This document shows positions 63,712 to 64,000 of a stretch of DNA of 64,000 nt, one piece after another. How positions within the stretch are numbered: the first letter of the stretch is position 1; the number at the start of each line of letters is the position of its first letter. The stretch covers positions 64,845 to 128,844 of the forward strand of contig LJUJ01000004.1 of NCBI GenBank assembly GCA_001303785.1. Reading direction: 5' to 3'. This DNA comes from a candidate division WOR_3 bacterium SM23_42 (lineage in GTDB: Bacteria > Hydrothermota > Tepidihabitantia > SM23-42). The notes beneath the pieces were generated by a model. It worked only from the letters and a program-made list of their open reading frames with translations. It made no database searches and was not told the origin of the DNA. The translations under genes were made by a program, and so were the position numbers.

Positions 63712-64000
63712 ATGAGAAGATATATTGTTGCCCTGTGTTTAGTGTGTTGCCTTTTAGCAAGGACAAAATTCAATAACCCTGCTTTTCGTGAATTCCAGAA
63801 CGCCAGGCACGATACCAATAATATTCAGATGGTAATTAGCAATTATGGCACCTTCGGTCAAAGTGAGTCCGGTTATTCTGGCGGCTGCTGGTGGGCACCT
63901 TCGGGCTGGGATTACTTCAATTTTTACATCTATGGCGCCGGTATCTGGTTTGGGGCTATCAGTTCGCTGACCTACGACACATTAGTCACGGTCGGCTATG
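63712..64000 (+). CDS. secreted T9SS-cargo-family protein, paralog 3 (3' end runs off the window)
   Basis: MRRYIVALCLVCCLLA signal, then the same REFQNARHDTNNIQMVISNYGTFGQ...GAGIWFG module. GAGGAG SD. Confidence 0.55.
   Translation, partial: MRRYIVALCLVCCLLARTKFNNPAFREFQNARHDTNNIQMVISNYGTFGQSESGYSGGCWWAPSGWDYFNFYIYGAGIWFGAISSLTYDTLVTVGY

Noticed and set aside
1-64000. CRISPR arrays, integrases, transposases and phage genes
   Set aside because: No direct-repeat/spacer periodicity was seen. No ORF shows DDE, tyrosine-recombinase or serine-recombinase motifs. The only mobile-looking item is the small 4HB cassette with inverted repeats.

Overview
This 64-kb window looks like a chromosomal segment of an uncultivated bacterium of the FCB (Fibrobacteres-Chlorobi-Bacteroidetes) superphylum. 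Several secreted proteins end in T9SS C-terminal sorting domains, and many genes sit behind near-consensus TTGACA-N16-TATAAT promoters, which argues against Bacteroidota proper.

No rRNA, tRNA, CRISPR or transposase genes were recognised.

Housekeeping content includes:
- the complete rod-shape operon mreB-mreC-mreD-mrdA(PBP2)-rodA;
- a roughly 9.6-kb unidirectional array: two tandem pilT genes, recG, a lipoprotein, a TPR/Pro-Glu-rich protein, accB, a third PilT/PilU-like gene and accC;
- an HU/IHF gene, gdh, GTP-dependent PEP carboxykinase, priA, peptidases (2x M42, M23, S9) and a deoxysugar/glycosyltransferase cluster.

The most unusual region is a roughly 10.7-kb minus-strand operon (17.9-28.6 kb).
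- Its first part is a putative H2-sensing regulatory module: a NuoE-like protein, two DRTGG proteins, two HATPase kinase-like proteins, a PHP phosphoesterase and a HydS-like [FeFe]-hydrogenase-like protein with altered H-cluster motifs.
- This is joined to a hydrogenase-less NuoE / NuoF-GltD fusion / NuoG-N-terminal flavin-FeS complex (Stn- or Nfn-Bfu-like) and a GltB-like FMN subunit.
- A small four-helix-bundle gene flanked by inverted repeats is inserted in this operon.
- The operon lies beside gdh, a sigma-54 NtrC-type two-component system and a CN-hydrolase/LUD/AhpD-like trio.

Other notable items:
- a TPR-acidic-Roadblock protein plus a second Roadblock protein (MglB/MglC-like pair);
- a lipoprotein-signal Pcm;
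- an unannotated 56-aa highly basic ORF with consensus promoter and SD;
- a GT2 fused to a WbaP-type sugar transferase domain that may lack the catalytic dyad;
- a STAND NTPase-TPR-SARP regulator;
- three tandem paralogous T9SS cargo genes with thrombospondin-type-3-like Ca-binding repeats;
- a short intergenic repeat family (CTGATA/GATATC/GTTATCCG motifs).
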